DNA of 64,000 nucleotides from Christensenellales bacterium. GTDB lineage: Bacteria > Bacillota > Clostridia > Christensenellales > JBMNTT01. How positions within the stretch are numbered: position 1 is the stretch's first letter; the number at the start of each line of letters is the position of its first letter. The DNA is taken from contig JBMNTT010000007.1 in NCBI GenBank assembly GCA_050945875.1, positions 7,701-71,700 of the forward strand, written 5' to 3'. Positions 9,772 through 18,568 of the stretch are shown piece after piece. Made by a program: the position numbers and the translations under genes. Below the pieces are notes generated by a model, which did not search any database, had not been told where the DNA came from, and saw only the letters and a list, made by a program, of their open reading frames with translations.

Positions 9772-10374
9772 TCAATCGCTGCTAGCTCGGGTCGCTTTGA
9801 GCACGTGGAAGCCCGATCCCCGGGCGATGGTCTCGCAGACGCCGAAGATCCGGGCCAGCTCGGCCTTGGCCGATGCCGCGCCCTGCTGCTTGCGGATGAC
9901 CACATAGAGCGCGCCGCCCGGGCGCAGACGCTCCCAGGCCTGGGCGAAGAGGGCGTAGATGTTGCGCTTGCCGGTGCGGATGGGCGGGTTGGTGGCGATC
10001 AGGTCGAAGTCGCCGGTCACCGCCGCGAACAGGTCCCCCTGGACCACCTGGGCATTGTCCAGGCGGTTGTCCCGGGCGTTCTGCGCGCTCAGGGCGGCCG
10101 CCCGGGCGTTGATATCCGAGAGCACCACCTGCCCGGCGGGGCAGTCGGCCGCCAGGCTCAGGCCCACCGGCCCATAGCCGCAGCCCATGTCCAGCGCCCG
10201 GCTGAACTGCCGGGGCAGGCTGCGGATCAGCAGGTCGCTGCCGAGGTCCACATGCTCCTTGGAGAACACCCCCGCGTCGCTGGTCAGGCGCAGGGCGCGC
10301 CCGCCGGGGGTGGTGTAGGTCAGCGCGATGGGACGGGAGGGCGCGCTGGGCTGCTCGCTATAGTAATGGTCCAT
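9772..10374 (-). CDS. Class I SAM-dependent methyltransferase, RsmC/RlmG-like small-domain type
   Basis: 200 aa. Motif I LDMGCGYGPVGL; motif IV IATNPPIRTGK. Confidence 0.75.
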   Translation of the reverse strand: MDHYYSEQPSAPSRPIALTYTTPGGRALRLTSDAGVFSKEHVDLGSDLLIRSLPRQFSRALDMGCGYGPVGLSLAADCPAGQVVLSDINARAAALSAQNARDNRLDNAQVVQGDLFAAVTGDFDLIATNPPIRTGKRNIYALFAQAWERLRPGGALYVVIRKQQGAASAKAELARIFGVCETIARGSGFHVLKATRASSD

Positions 10375-10602
10375 GACAACCTCCTGTGGGATGAATGCCT
10401 GAAAGGGCGCTTGGACAATTCGCCCCGGCGGGGGGCAACTCCTGCAGGACGAGCGGACGGTTGGGCGATTCGGTTCTTCCCCGCGTCCGGGATGAACCCG
10501 AATGGCTGAAATTTTTTTCAGGATGTATTTTTTAAGCAGGAAAATTAAATATTGGCAAGAACAATATATACATCAACCACCGATGGACAAGGAGGCGAGC
10601 AG

Positions 10603-11559
10603 GTGCATCCCCTGGCGCAGATTGCCCTGGAGTTGGGCTTCGTCCAGGTGTGCGCAGTGCCGGCTCATCCCTTCACCCTTTGGGCTCAACGCCTTGAGCA
10701 GACGGGGTTGGCCTCCTACGTACATCTGTCTTCCACGCCACAGGCGCCTTTTCCGGTGCGTTCGATTTTTGTGGCGCTGTTGCCCGCGCCGCCCCTGGCC
10801 CCTTGGCCGGAGGGGAGCGGACGGGTTTCAGGATTCTATTTCATCTCCAACAAAGGCTATCAGTTACAGCAGCGCTGGCAGCGGGAGGCCGCCCGGCGGG
10901 GCTATGCCGTGTCTGCGGGCGGGGCGCCGCTGCGGGCGGCGGCGCTGCGGGCGGGCATGGGCGTCTGCGGGCTCAACGGCCTGCTGATCACCCCGCGGTG
11001 GGGCAGCTATGTGTATCTGGCCGGGCTGATGAGCGATGTGGAGGTCCCGGCCCTGGACGCGGCGGCGGATGTACCCCGGCCTTGCCTGGGCTGCGGCGCC
11101 TGCGCCCGGGCCTGCCCCGCCGGCGCGATCGATGGGCAGGGCATTCATCCCACCCGCTGCCTGCGCTTTCTGATGAGCCAGCCCCAGCGGCTCGGGCCGG
11201 ACCGCTACGCCGCCATGGGCGACCGCATCCTGGGCTGCGAGACCTGTCAGCAGGTCTGTCCCCTGAATCGGGACCAGCGCCCCGCGCCGCCCGACCCGGC
11301 CCAAAGCGCGCCCTTCTCGCTCGAGCGCCTGCTGACCGCGCCGGACCTGGACGCCGTGGCGGCGCTGATCGGCCGCAACTACGCCCGCAAGGGCCGCCTA
11401 CAACTGCAGGCCGCGCTGGCGGCGGCCAACACCGGGCGCGCCGACCTGGCCGGTCCGGTCGGCGCCCTGCGGGACCAACCCTATGAACCGCTGGCCCAGG
11501 CGGCGCGCTGGGCGGCGGAGCGATTGACACAGCGCGCGCAAGAGGAGGAAATTCCATGA
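10603..11559 (+). CDS. queG: Epoxyqueuosine reductase (QueG-like)
   Basis: ORF 10552-11559. GTG 10603 lies 6 nt after AAGGAGG. Ferredoxin motifs CLGCGACARACPAGAI and CETCQQVCPLN. C-terminal HEAT-like tail (RNYARKG ... ANTGRADL ... AARWAAERL). Confidence 0.7.
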   Translation: MHPLAQIALELGFVQVCAVPAHPFTLWAQRLEQTGLASYVHLSSTPQAPFPVRSIFVALLPAPPLAPWPEGSGRVSGFYFISNKGYQLQQRWQREAARRGYAVSAGGAPLRAAALRAGMGVCGLNGLLITPRWGSYVYLAGLMSDVEVPALDAAADVPRPCLGCGACARACPAGAIDGQGIHPTRCLRFLMSQPQRLGPDRYAAMGDRILGCETCQQVCPLNRDQRPAPPDPAQSAPFSLERLLTAPDLDAVAALIGRNYARKGRLQLQAALAAANTGRADLAGPVGALRDQPYEPLAQAARWAAERLTQRAQEEEIP

Positions 11560-12506
11560 TTCTGACGGTCACCCTCAACCCCTGCCTGGACAAGACCATC
11601 TGGGTGGACCAGCTGCGGCTGGACGATATCCTTCGGGCCGACCATGTGGATACCATCGCCGGCGGCAAGGGTTCCAACGTGTCGAGCATCATCCGGGCCT
11701 TTGGCTACCAGGTGGTGCATCTGGTGGTACTGGCGGGGGATACGGGGCGGCAGGTGGAGCGGTTGTTGGACGCTCAGCGCATGCACGGGGCCAAGCTCTG
11801 GGTGCAGGGGCAGACCCGCACCGTCACCACCGTGGTGGAGCAGGGAAGCTATCGGCAGGTGGCCTTCGTCGAGCCCGGACCGGTTTGGACGAAGGAGGAT
11901 GTGGATCATGTGCTTTTCGCCTTCTCGATGCGCGCCAGTCGGTTGCACGCCGGGGATTGGGTCATCCTCTCGGGCAGCGTGCCCGAGGGGCCGGTGTCGG
12001 ATATCTACCGGCAGATGATCGAGCTGGCGCACCAGCAGGGCCTGCGGGTGCTGCTGGACAGCCGGGGCGAGGCCTTCGCCCGGGCCATCCCCGCCGAGCC
12101 GGAGTGGATCAAGCCCAACCGTCAGGAGGCCCAGGATGCGCTGGGCTATGGGGGGGATGACGACGCCCTCATTGCCGGGCTGCTCGAGCGGGGCGCTCAG
12201 GGCGTGCTGCTCAGCCTGGGGGAGGCGGGCGTGCGCTATGCCCAGCGCGGCCAGAAGCCCGCCGCCATCCCGGCCTTCCCGGTGGAAACGGTCAACCCCG
12301 TCGGTTCGGGGGACGCGCTGGTGGCCGGGTTCATCCTGGCCCAGAATAAGGGCTGCGCCCTGGAGGACTGCATCCGCGCGGGCAGCGCCCTGGGCGCGGT
12401 CAACGCCGCGCGCTTTGCCGCCGGCCGCATCGAGCCCTCTGAGGCCTACGCCCGCTTCCCCGAGTTGGAAAATCTAATCAGCCGCACCGTCGGCCGTAAA
12501 AATTGA
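11556..12506 (+). CDS. PfkB-family hexose-phosphate kinase (1-phosphofructokinase / tagatose-6-P kinase type)
   Basis: 316 aa. MILTVTLNPCLDKT N-terminus, GKGSNV, NPVGSGDALVAGF. ATGA overlap with the queG stop. Confidence 0.75.
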   Translation: MILTVTLNPCLDKTIWVDQLRLDDILRADHVDTIAGGKGSNVSSIIRAFGYQVVHLVVLAGDTGRQVERLLDAQRMHGAKLWVQGQTRTVTTVVEQGSYRQVAFVEPGPVWTKEDVDHVLFAFSMRASRLHAGDWVILSGSVPEGPVSDIYRQMIELAHQQGLRVLLDSRGEAFARAIPAEPEWIKPNRQEAQDALGYGGDDDALIAGLLERGAQGVLLSLGEAGVRYAQRGQKPAAIPAFPVETVNPVGSGDALVAGFILAQNKGCALEDCIRAGSALGAVNAARFAAGRIEPSEAYARFPELENLISRTVGRKN

Positions 12507-12514
12507 TTTTCCCC

Positions 12515-12543
12515 TTGCCGAAACGCTGGAACCTCGGTATAAT
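12515..12543 (+). promoter_or_regulatory. Promoter of the SRP RNA gene
   Basis: TTGCCG (12515-12520), 17-nt spacer, TATAAT (12538-12543). Confidence 0.65.
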
Positions 12544-12549
12544 AAGAGT

Positions 12550-12697
12550 GTTCATCCACAATTTGTTCCGTCACCGCAAGCCGGGTCCTGTGCGACAGGC
12601 CTCCGCGAACCCTGTCAGGACCGGAAGGTAGCAGCAGTAAGGGGAATCGCCTGTGTGCCGCAGGGAAGCCTGGTTTGCGCTGACGGAGCAAATTTTT
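12550..12697 (+). ncRNA. ffs: Signal recognition particle RNA (small bacterial SRP / 4.5S-type)
   Basis: The conserved helix-8 motif GUCAGGaCCGGAAGGuAGCAGC is at about 12613-12634. The 5' arm TTGTTCCGTCAC (12563-) pairs with the 3' arm CTGACGGAGCAA (-12692). The transcript ends in a T-run. Boundaries are accurate to about 10 nt. Confidence 0.85.
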
Positions 12698-12779
12698 TTA
12701 TATCTTCTTTTGGGCGGCCATTCGCATTGCGGACGGTTCGTTTTTTCGGTTTTGTACACGCGAGAGAAGTGAAACGCAT

Positions 12780-14039
12780 ATGGAGCGATTTTTCTGTAGC
12801 CTCAATAAACTCAAAATTTGTATCGTGAATTGGCGCTGCACCATGTCTGTCTGCCTGGTCAGCGCCGTCCTGCTGGTGTTCTCCCTGCTGCTGGACTTAC
12901 GGCCTTTGACGGTGATCAGCGCCGGTCTGATGTTCCTCTACGGGCTGCTGCTGGTGCTCTCCGTGCAGTATCGGAACGTTCAGGCCTGGTGCGAAAAGAT
13001 TCTGGAGCCCTTTCCCGACGGAATCCTGCTGGTGCACAAGGACCGGGTGTGCTTTGCCAACGCTTGCGCCCGCAACCATTTGAGCGGGATTCAGCTCAAG
13101 GGAGCCAAGCTGGAGGATTTCGTTCAGGCGCAGCATCCCTGGTGGCGCGCGGGCAACCGGCTGGGCCTGGAGAACTTTCAGTGTGACGTGTGGCATGTGC
13201 AGGGCGGCGTGGTGCTCGACGTGGTCAGCTTTCGCCCGGCGCTCTACGACACCCGCCTGACCATGGTGTACGTCTCGGCGGTCCAGCGCACCCACGAGCG
13301 CATCGCCAACGTCGCCCATGAGCTGCGCACCCCTATCAATTCCCTGATGGGCTGCATCCAAATGCTGGAGTTGAGCCTGCCGCCCGGGGACGCTGAGAGC
13401 CGGCGCTATGTGCAGATGATGCGCACCTGCTGCTTTCAGATGCTGCGCCTGGTCAACAACGCGGTGGACCTGTCCCGCCTGGGGGCCGGGCGCATGAGGC
13501 CTCACCCCGCGCGGGTGGATCTGCGGGAGCGGCTTGAGAGCATCGGACAGTCCCTGCAGATCAATGCCGATAAGCGCGGCGTCGCCCTGGATATGGCGCT
13601 GCCCCAGCAGCCCGCGCCCGCCTGCGTCGACCCGGATATGCTCGAGCGGGTGGTGCTCAACCTGCTCAGCAACGCCCTGAAGTTCACCCCCGCAGGCGGT
13701 TCGGTGGCGCTGACATTGACCTGCCAGGAGGCTTGGGCGCGCATCGCCGTGCGCGACAGCGGCGTGGGCATCGCCCCGGAGCATCTCTCGAAGGTCTTTG
13801 AGCGCTACTGGCAGGTGGACGCCAGCCGGGCCAACTCCAGCGGCATCGGCCTGTCCCTGGTGCACTCGATGGTTGAGGTCATGGGCGGGAGCATCTCGGT
13901 GGACTCGCGTTTGGGTCAGGGCTCGACCTTCACCGTCTCCCTGCCCAGGAACCTGGACATGGCCGTCGAGGAGGCTGCGGGTCCCTCGGGGTACGACTGG
14001 GCCGATATGGAGCGCACTGAGCTGGACCGGCGGCGATAA
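12780..14039 (+). CDS. Sensor histidine kinase (two N-terminal TM helices, PAS-like region, HisKA + HATPase_c)
   Basis: 419 aa. H-box AHELRTPINSLMG, N-box LLSNALKFT, G1 DSGVGI, G2 SGIGLSLV. The start could instead be ATG 12843 (MSVCLVSAV...). Confidence 0.85.
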   Translation: MERFFCSLNKLKICIVNWRCTMSVCLVSAVLLVFSLLLDLRPLTVISAGLMFLYGLLLVLSVQYRNVQAWCEKILEPFPDGILLVHKDRVCFANACARNHLSGIQLKGAKLEDFVQAQHPWWRAGNRLGLENFQCDVWHVQGGVVLDVVSFRPALYDTRLTMVYVSAVQRTHERIANVAHELRTPINSLMGCIQMLELSLPPGDAESRRYVQMMRTCCFQMLRLVNNAVDLSRLGAGRMRPHPARVDLRERLESIGQSLQINADKRGVALDMALPQQPAPACVDPDMLERVVLNLLSNALKFTPAGGSVALTLTCQEAWARIAVRDSGVGIAPEHLSKVFERYWQVDASRANSSGIGLSLVHSMVEVMGGSISVDSRLGQGSTFTVSLPRNLDMAVEEAAGPSGYDWADMERTELDRRR

Positions 14040-14139
14040 ACGCCCGGCTGCTGGCTCATTTTTCGCAGCGACAAATTGAAAACCGCCCCCTGGCTGTTGT
14101 ATACTGGGCACAGAGCGTTTGTTTTGAGGAGGAGTTTCG

Positions 14140-15027
14140 ATGCGAGTTGCGATTGTGGGTTCTGGAAATATCGGCCGGGCGGCCTTGGAGGCGGTGAGCG
14201 CCGCCCCGGATATGCAGATTGCCGGCGTGGTACGCCGCAGCGCCGAGCCCTTGGAGGCCCCCTGGCAGGATGTGCCGGTGGCGACCGACGTGGACCAGCT
14301 GGGCAAGGTGGACGTGGCGCTGTTGTGCTGCCCCAGCCGGTCGGTACCGGACTTGGCTCCGCTGTACCTGAAAAAGGGCATCTGCACCGTGGACAGCTTT
14401 GACATCCACACCCAGATTGCCGACCTGCGCGCGGCCCTGCGGCCGGTGGCCCAGGAGAGCGGCGCGGTGTCGATCATCAGCGCGGGTTGGGACCCGGGCA
14501 GCGACTCGGTGGTGCGCGCCCTGATGGAGGCCATGGCCCCCAAGGGCATCAGCTACACCAACTTTGGCCCGGGCATGAGCATGGGCCACACCGTCGCGGT
14601 CAAGGCCATCGCCGGGGTCAAGCATGCCCTGTCCATGACCATGCCCCAGGGCGCGGGCATCCACGGCCGCATGGTCTATATTGAGCTGGAGCAGGGGGCG
14701 GATTTTGACGCCGTGGCCGCGGCGATCAAGCGCGATCCCTATTTCGTGCACGACGACACCCATGTCATCCAGGTGGACAGCGTGGCCGCCCTGCAGGATG
14801 TGGGTCACGGCGTGCTGATGGAGCGCAAGGGCGTCTCGGGCGTGACGGGCAACCAGCGCTTCAGCTTTTCCATGAGCATCAACAACCCCGCCCTGACCGC
14901 CCAGGTCATGGTGGGCGCGGCCCGCGCGGCCCTGCATCAGCAGCCCGGCTGCTATACGATGATCGAGATCCCCGTGATCGACCTGCTGCCCGGCGAGCGG
15001 GACGCTTGGGTGGGCAAGCTGGTATAA
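14140..15027 (+). CDS. ddh: meso-Diaminopimelate D-dehydrogenase
   Basis: 295 aa. MRVAIVGSGNIGR Rossmann N-terminus, SAGWDPGSDS, NFGPGMSMGH; colinear with Corynebacterium Ddh as I remember it. GAGGAGG SD. Confidence 0.8.
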   Translation: MRVAIVGSGNIGRAALEAVSAAPDMQIAGVVRRSAEPLEAPWQDVPVATDVDQLGKVDVALLCCPSRSVPDLAPLYLKKGICTVDSFDIHTQIADLRAALRPVAQESGAVSIISAGWDPGSDSVVRALMEAMAPKGISYTNFGPGMSMGHTVAVKAIAGVKHALSMTMPQGAGIHGRMVYIELEQGADFDAVAAAIKRDPYFVHDDTHVIQVDSVAALQDVGHGVLMERKGVSGVTGNQRFSFSMSINNPALTAQVMVGAARAALHQQPGCYTMIEIPVIDLLPGERDAWVGKLV

Positions 15028-15042
15028 AAGGAGGGATTGAAC

Positions 15043-15585
15043 GTGGAGGTCCTCGAGGGAATCTATACCCGGCGCTCGGTGCGCCGCTATACCGACGCGC
15101 CCATCGCCGACAGCCAGGTGCGCGCCCTGATCCGCGCCGCCCTGAGCGCGCCCAGCGCCGCCAACCGCCGACCGGTGCACTTTATCGTCGTGCGGGACCG
15201 ACAGGCGCGGGAGGCTTTCGCCACCTTCCACCCCTACGCCAAGATGCTCCCCGGGGCGCAGCTGGGCGTCCTGGTGTGCGGCGATACCCAGGCCTCGGCC
15301 CATTTCTGGCAGCAGGACGCCTCCGCCGCCATGGAGAACCTGCTGCTGGCCGCCCATGGGATGGGCCTGGGCGCGGTGTGGATGGGCATCTATCCCGATC
15401 AGACCCGCGCCGCCCAGACCGCGGAGCTCTTCGGCCTGCCCGCGCACATCCTGCCCCTGGGCATGGCGGCGGTGGGCGTGCCGGCGGCCCTGCCCGATGC
15501 GCCCGACCGCTATGAGGCGGACCGCGTTCATCTCGACCGCTGGGGGACCCCCTGGCAGGAGGCGCAAGATGCCCAGGGAGTTTGA
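15043..15585 (+). CDS. Nitroreductase family protein
   Basis: ORF 15037-15585. GTG 15043 is better spaced from AAGGAGGGA. YTRRSVRRYTD motif; about 180 aa. Confidence 0.8.
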   Translation: MEVLEGIYTRRSVRRYTDAPIADSQVRALIRAALSAPSAANRRPVHFIVVRDRQAREAFATFHPYAKMLPGAQLGVLVCGDTQASAHFWQQDASAAMENLLLAAHGMGLGAVWMGIYPDQTRAAQTAELFGLPAHILPLGMAAVGVPAALPDAPDRYEADRVHLDRWGTPWQEAQDAQGV

Positions 15586-16393
15586 TCACCATGAGCCCAT
15601 CCTGATGGGCTATCCCTTCTACCGGGAGTACCGCCAGGGGCTGCACACCAAGGCGGAATACGGCGCGTTTCTCGACCGCATCGACGGCGAGCTGGGGGAG
15701 CGGGGCATCCTGCCCTACCAGCGGCGGTGCTATCACTGGGTGCAGGCCGACGACCTGCAGAACGTGCGGGACATGATGGCCGCCCTGGGCCTGACGGGCT
15801 ATGACGAGGCCGCTTATCAGGCCTTCAAGGCCCAGGTGGAGGCCAAGATGTGCTGGGACCCGTTTAGCACCTCGATCTACCCGGACGAGGAGCGGGTGGC
15901 CTACGCGCTGAGCATGGCCGTCCAGCCCCGCCGGGTGTTCGTGGCGGGCAGCTATTTCGCCTACTGGGCGATCTTCCTGCTGCCCGGGGTGATGCGCGCC
16001 GGGGGACATGTCACCCTGTCCGACCCCAACCCAGCGGTGTGCGAGCTGGCCCAGCGCAACCTGGAGGCCATGGGCGTGGCGGATTTCGTCACCGTGCGCG
16101 CCGAGGACGCCGAGAAGCTGCTCCAGCAGGACGAGCAGGCCTACGACCTGTTCGTGCTCGACGCCACCGGGCCAAGGGATCACCCGCTGCCCACCCACCG
16201 GGGCAAGGCCATCTTCAACCCCTTGACCCGGGCGGCGCTACCCCATCTGCACAGGGGCAGCTATGTGCTGGTGCACAACCATGAGATCGACGACCCGGAT
16301 ATCGCCCCTATGCTCCAGATGCTCACTGCCGCCAGTGACGCGCGCCTGCACATGGAGAGCTACAACTGCATGGGCGCGTACCGGATCGGTTGA
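15569..16393 (+). CDS. Family-3 O-methyltransferase-fold protein with an uncharacterised ~110-aa N-terminal extension
   Basis: ORF 15356-16393 trimmed to ATG 15569 (GGCAGGAGG upstream). This gives a 17-nt overlap with the nitroreductase gene. C-terminal half: VFVAGSYFAYWAIFL ... VTLSDPNP ... YDLFVLDATGP ... GSYVLVHN follows the order of class I MTase motifs, but motif I looks degenerate. Confidence 0.5.
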   Translation: MPREFDHHEPILMGYPFYREYRQGLHTKAEYGAFLDRIDGELGERGILPYQRRCYHWVQADDLQNVRDMMAALGLTGYDEAAYQAFKAQVEAKMCWDPFSTSIYPDEERVAYALSMAVQPRRVFVAGSYFAYWAIFLLPGVMRAGGHVTLSDPNPAVCELAQRNLEAMGVADFVTVRAEDAEKLLQQDEQAYDLFVLDATGPRDHPLPTHRGKAIFNPLTRAALPHLHRGSYVLVHNHEIDDPDIAPMLQMLTAASDARLHMESYNCMGAYRIG

Positions 16394-16419
16394 GAGGCCG
16401 CCCGCAGCCCTTCACGGGG

Positions 16420-16524
16420 GTGTATGCGATTCTCAATGCGATTGGACCGCGCATCCAGCGGGAACGCACGCGAGCGGGACTGAGCCAGCAAGCGCTCTCC
16501 GGGAGTGGATTGCCCAGGTCCTAA
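16420..16524 (+). pseudogene. Remnant of an XRE-family helix-turn-helix gene (34 codons)
   Basis: Reading frame VYAILNAIGPRIQRERTRAGLSQQALSGSGLPRS*. IGxRIxxxRxxxGLSQxxLA is the classic start of an XRE HTH. The frame stops inside the HTH, and there is no SD. Confidence 0.3.
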
Positions 16525-16560
16525 CGGTGTCCCCAGTGCGCTGTTCGACTGGCAGATATG

Positions 16561-16593
16561 AAAGAAGCAGGCCCCGCCGGGGCCTGCTTCTTA
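16561..16593. terminator. Terminator overlapping the MFS gene stop codon
   Basis: GAAGCAGGCCCC / GGGGCCTGCTTC 12-bp stem, flanked by AAA on one side and TT on the other. Confidence 0.75.
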
Positions 16594-17784
16594 CACCTCC
16601 AGCCGGCGGCTGACGGCCAGCGCGCCGATCAGCACCATCACCGCCGCGCCGCAGCCGATCAGGATGGCCTGCACGGGCGCCAGGTCCGCCAGGGGGCCGA
16701 AGAAAACCATGCCCAGGGGCAGGGCGCAGGAGGAGGCGATCTGCATCAGGCTGAACACCCGCCCGTGCATCTCGGGGGCGACCCGCTCCTGAATCAGCAC
16801 GGTGATGGGCGCATTGTAGCAGGGGGAGGTGATCCCGATGAGCAGGTTGCAGACCAGGTACGCCCAGAAGACCGGGGCCGCGCCCAGGCCGATCATCAGA
16901 GCGCCGTAGAGCAGCCCGGCGGCCAGGGTGGTGCGGATACGGCTCTTGAATCCGCCCCAGGCGGCGATGAGCAGCCCGCCGACAACCATCCCCAGGCTGA
17001 AGGTCATCTCGCTGGCGGTCAAATACCAGACCTCGGCCCCAAAGGTGCGGCTGACCATCAGCGGGGTTAGGAAGGCGGACGGGCTGATCAGGATCAGCAC
17101 CGCCACCTGGCTGAGCAGCAGCCGACGCACGAAGAGATGCCCCCGCAGGTAGCCAAAGCCCCGGCCAATCTGCCGGAGGGGGGACTCGGCGCGGTCGGCG
17201 GGCTGGAAGGGCACATCCACGGTCAGGGTGATGGCGATGCCGATCGCCGCGGTGACCACGTCGATCAGGAAGATGGCCTCGATGGAGGCCGCCGACAGGA
17301 TGGCCCCGCTGATGGCGGGGGAGAGCAGCATCGTGATCGAGCTCAGGGTGCTTTGGACGCCGTTGACCCGCATCAGCTGCTCCCGGGGTACGATCTGGGG
17401 GATCAGGGCGTTGACCGCCGGGGTCTGCACCCCGGTCCCCGCCGAGCGCACCAGCAGCGCCGCAAAGAGCATCCAGAGACTGCCCAACCCGGTCAAAAAC
17501 AGGATCGCCAGGGCCAGGGTAGCCGCGGCGATCATTCCGTCGGCCAGCACGATGATGCGCCGCCGGGGATAGCGGTCGATCCACACCCCGGCGAACAGGG
17601 AGATCAAAATCTGCGGGGCGAATCCGCACACCGTCGACAGGGTCATCATCGCCCCCGAGGAGGTGGTCAGTGTGATGTACCAGATGATGGCGTACTGCAC
17701 CAGGGAGGAACCCAGCAGGGAGATGGTCTGGGCGGCGAGGAAACGGATGGTTTTGCCTTTCCAGGCGGATGTCGATGGCGTCAT
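16591..17784 (-). CDS. MFS transporter (EntS/macrolide-efflux-like MFS_3 type)
   Basis: 397 aa and about 12 predicted TM helices. N-terminus FLAAQTISLLGSSLVQYAIIWYI is typical of this subfamily. AAGGAGGTG SD. Confidence 0.8.
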   Translation of the reverse strand: MTPSTSAWKGKTIRFLAAQTISLLGSSLVQYAIIWYITLTTSSGAMMTLSTVCGFAPQILISLFAGVWIDRYPRRRIIVLADGMIAAATLALAILFLTGLGSLWMLFAALLVRSAGTGVQTPAVNALIPQIVPREQLMRVNGVQSTLSSITMLLSPAISGAILSAASIEAIFLIDVVTAAIGIAITLTVDVPFQPADRAESPLRQIGRGFGYLRGHLFVRRLLLSQVAVLILISPSAFLTPLMVSRTFGAEVWYLTASEMTFSLGMVVGGLLIAAWGGFKSRIRTTLAAGLLYGALMIGLGAAPVFWAYLVCNLLIGITSPCYNAPITVLIQERVAPEMHGRVFSLMQIASSCALPLGMVFFGPLADLAPVQAILIGCGAAVMVLIGALAVSRRLEV

Positions 17785-17802
17785 GGCGCACCTCCTTGCG
17801 AC

Positions 17803-17836
17803 AAAAAGGGACCGCGGATGTGTCTGCGCGGTCCCT
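17803..17836 (-). terminator. Rho-independent terminator after the rluA-like gene
   Basis: Minus strand: AGGGACCGCG-loop-CGCGGTCCCT followed by TTTTT. Confidence 0.8.
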
Positions 17837-17842
17837 TGGCAT

Positions 17843-18568
17843 TTACACAGGCAGGCGATTGCCCAGGTCCAGCCCGGCGATATCGAACCGATCGAAGGGT
17901 TCCCGCGCCGGCGGCGGGGCGATGTAGCGCAGCCGCTCCTCCCGCCGGGTGGGGTGGGTGAAGGACAGGCCCGCCGCCCACAGGGCGATGGGGGTGCCGG
18001 GCTTTTGGCGGCCGCCGTAGCGCATGTCCCCCACCAGGGGGTGGCCGCAGTGGGCCATCTGCACGCGGATCTGATGTCCCCGGCCGGTACCCAGCTGGAT
18101 CATGACCAGGCTGATGGGCTGCCCATCCCGCTCGCCCTGGGCCAGCGCCCAGTAGTGGAGCACCGCCTTTTTGGCTCCGGGCGCGTCGGGGGATACGACC
18201 GAGACCATGTTGGTGCGGGTGTTTTTGATCAGGTGGTCCACCAGCTGGCCCTCGGCGGCCGCCATGCGCCCCTGGATCACGGCCAGGTAGGCTCGGCGCA
18301 TGTCCCGGGTTTGGAGGCTCTTGGACAGGCGGGCGGCGGCCTTGCTGGTGCGGGCGAAGACCAGCGCGCCGCCCACCGGGCGGTCCAGCCGGTGCACCAG
18401 GCCCAGGTAGGCCTCGCCGGGCTTGTTGTACTTCACGCGCACATACTCCTTCAGGATGCTGAGCATATCCGGATCCCCCGAGGGGTCGGCCTGCACGGGC
18501 ATGAAGGGCGGCTTGACCGCCACGAGCACGTGGTTGTCCTCATAGAGGATGTCGATCCCCTGGAGCAT
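17843..18568 (-). CDS. RluA-family pseudouridine synthase (no S4 domain)
   Basis: ORF 17843-18814 trimmed to ATG 18566-18568, which overlaps the upstream gene's stop as ATGA. 241 aa. Catalytic motif GLVHRLDRPVGG; C-terminal GRGHQIRVQMAH. Confidence 0.85.
   Translation of the reverse strand: MLQGIDILYEDNHVLVAVKPPFMPVQADPSGDPDMLSILKEYVRVKYNKPGEAYLGLVHRLDRPVGGALVFARTSKAAARLSKSLQTRDMRRAYLAVIQGRMAAAEGQLVDHLIKNTRTNMVSVVSPDAPGAKKAVLHYWALAQGERDGQPISLVMIQLGTGRGHQIRVQMAHCGHPLVGDMRYGGRQKPGTPIALWAAGLSFTHPTRREERLRYIAPPPAREPFDRFDIAGLDLGNRLPV

Noticed and set aside
12897-15567. 550-aa and 503-aa minus-strand ORFs opposite the kinase, ddh and nitroreductase genes
   Set aside because: Shadow ORFs. The plus-strand genes carry diagnostic motifs (H-box, Rossmann fold, and others).
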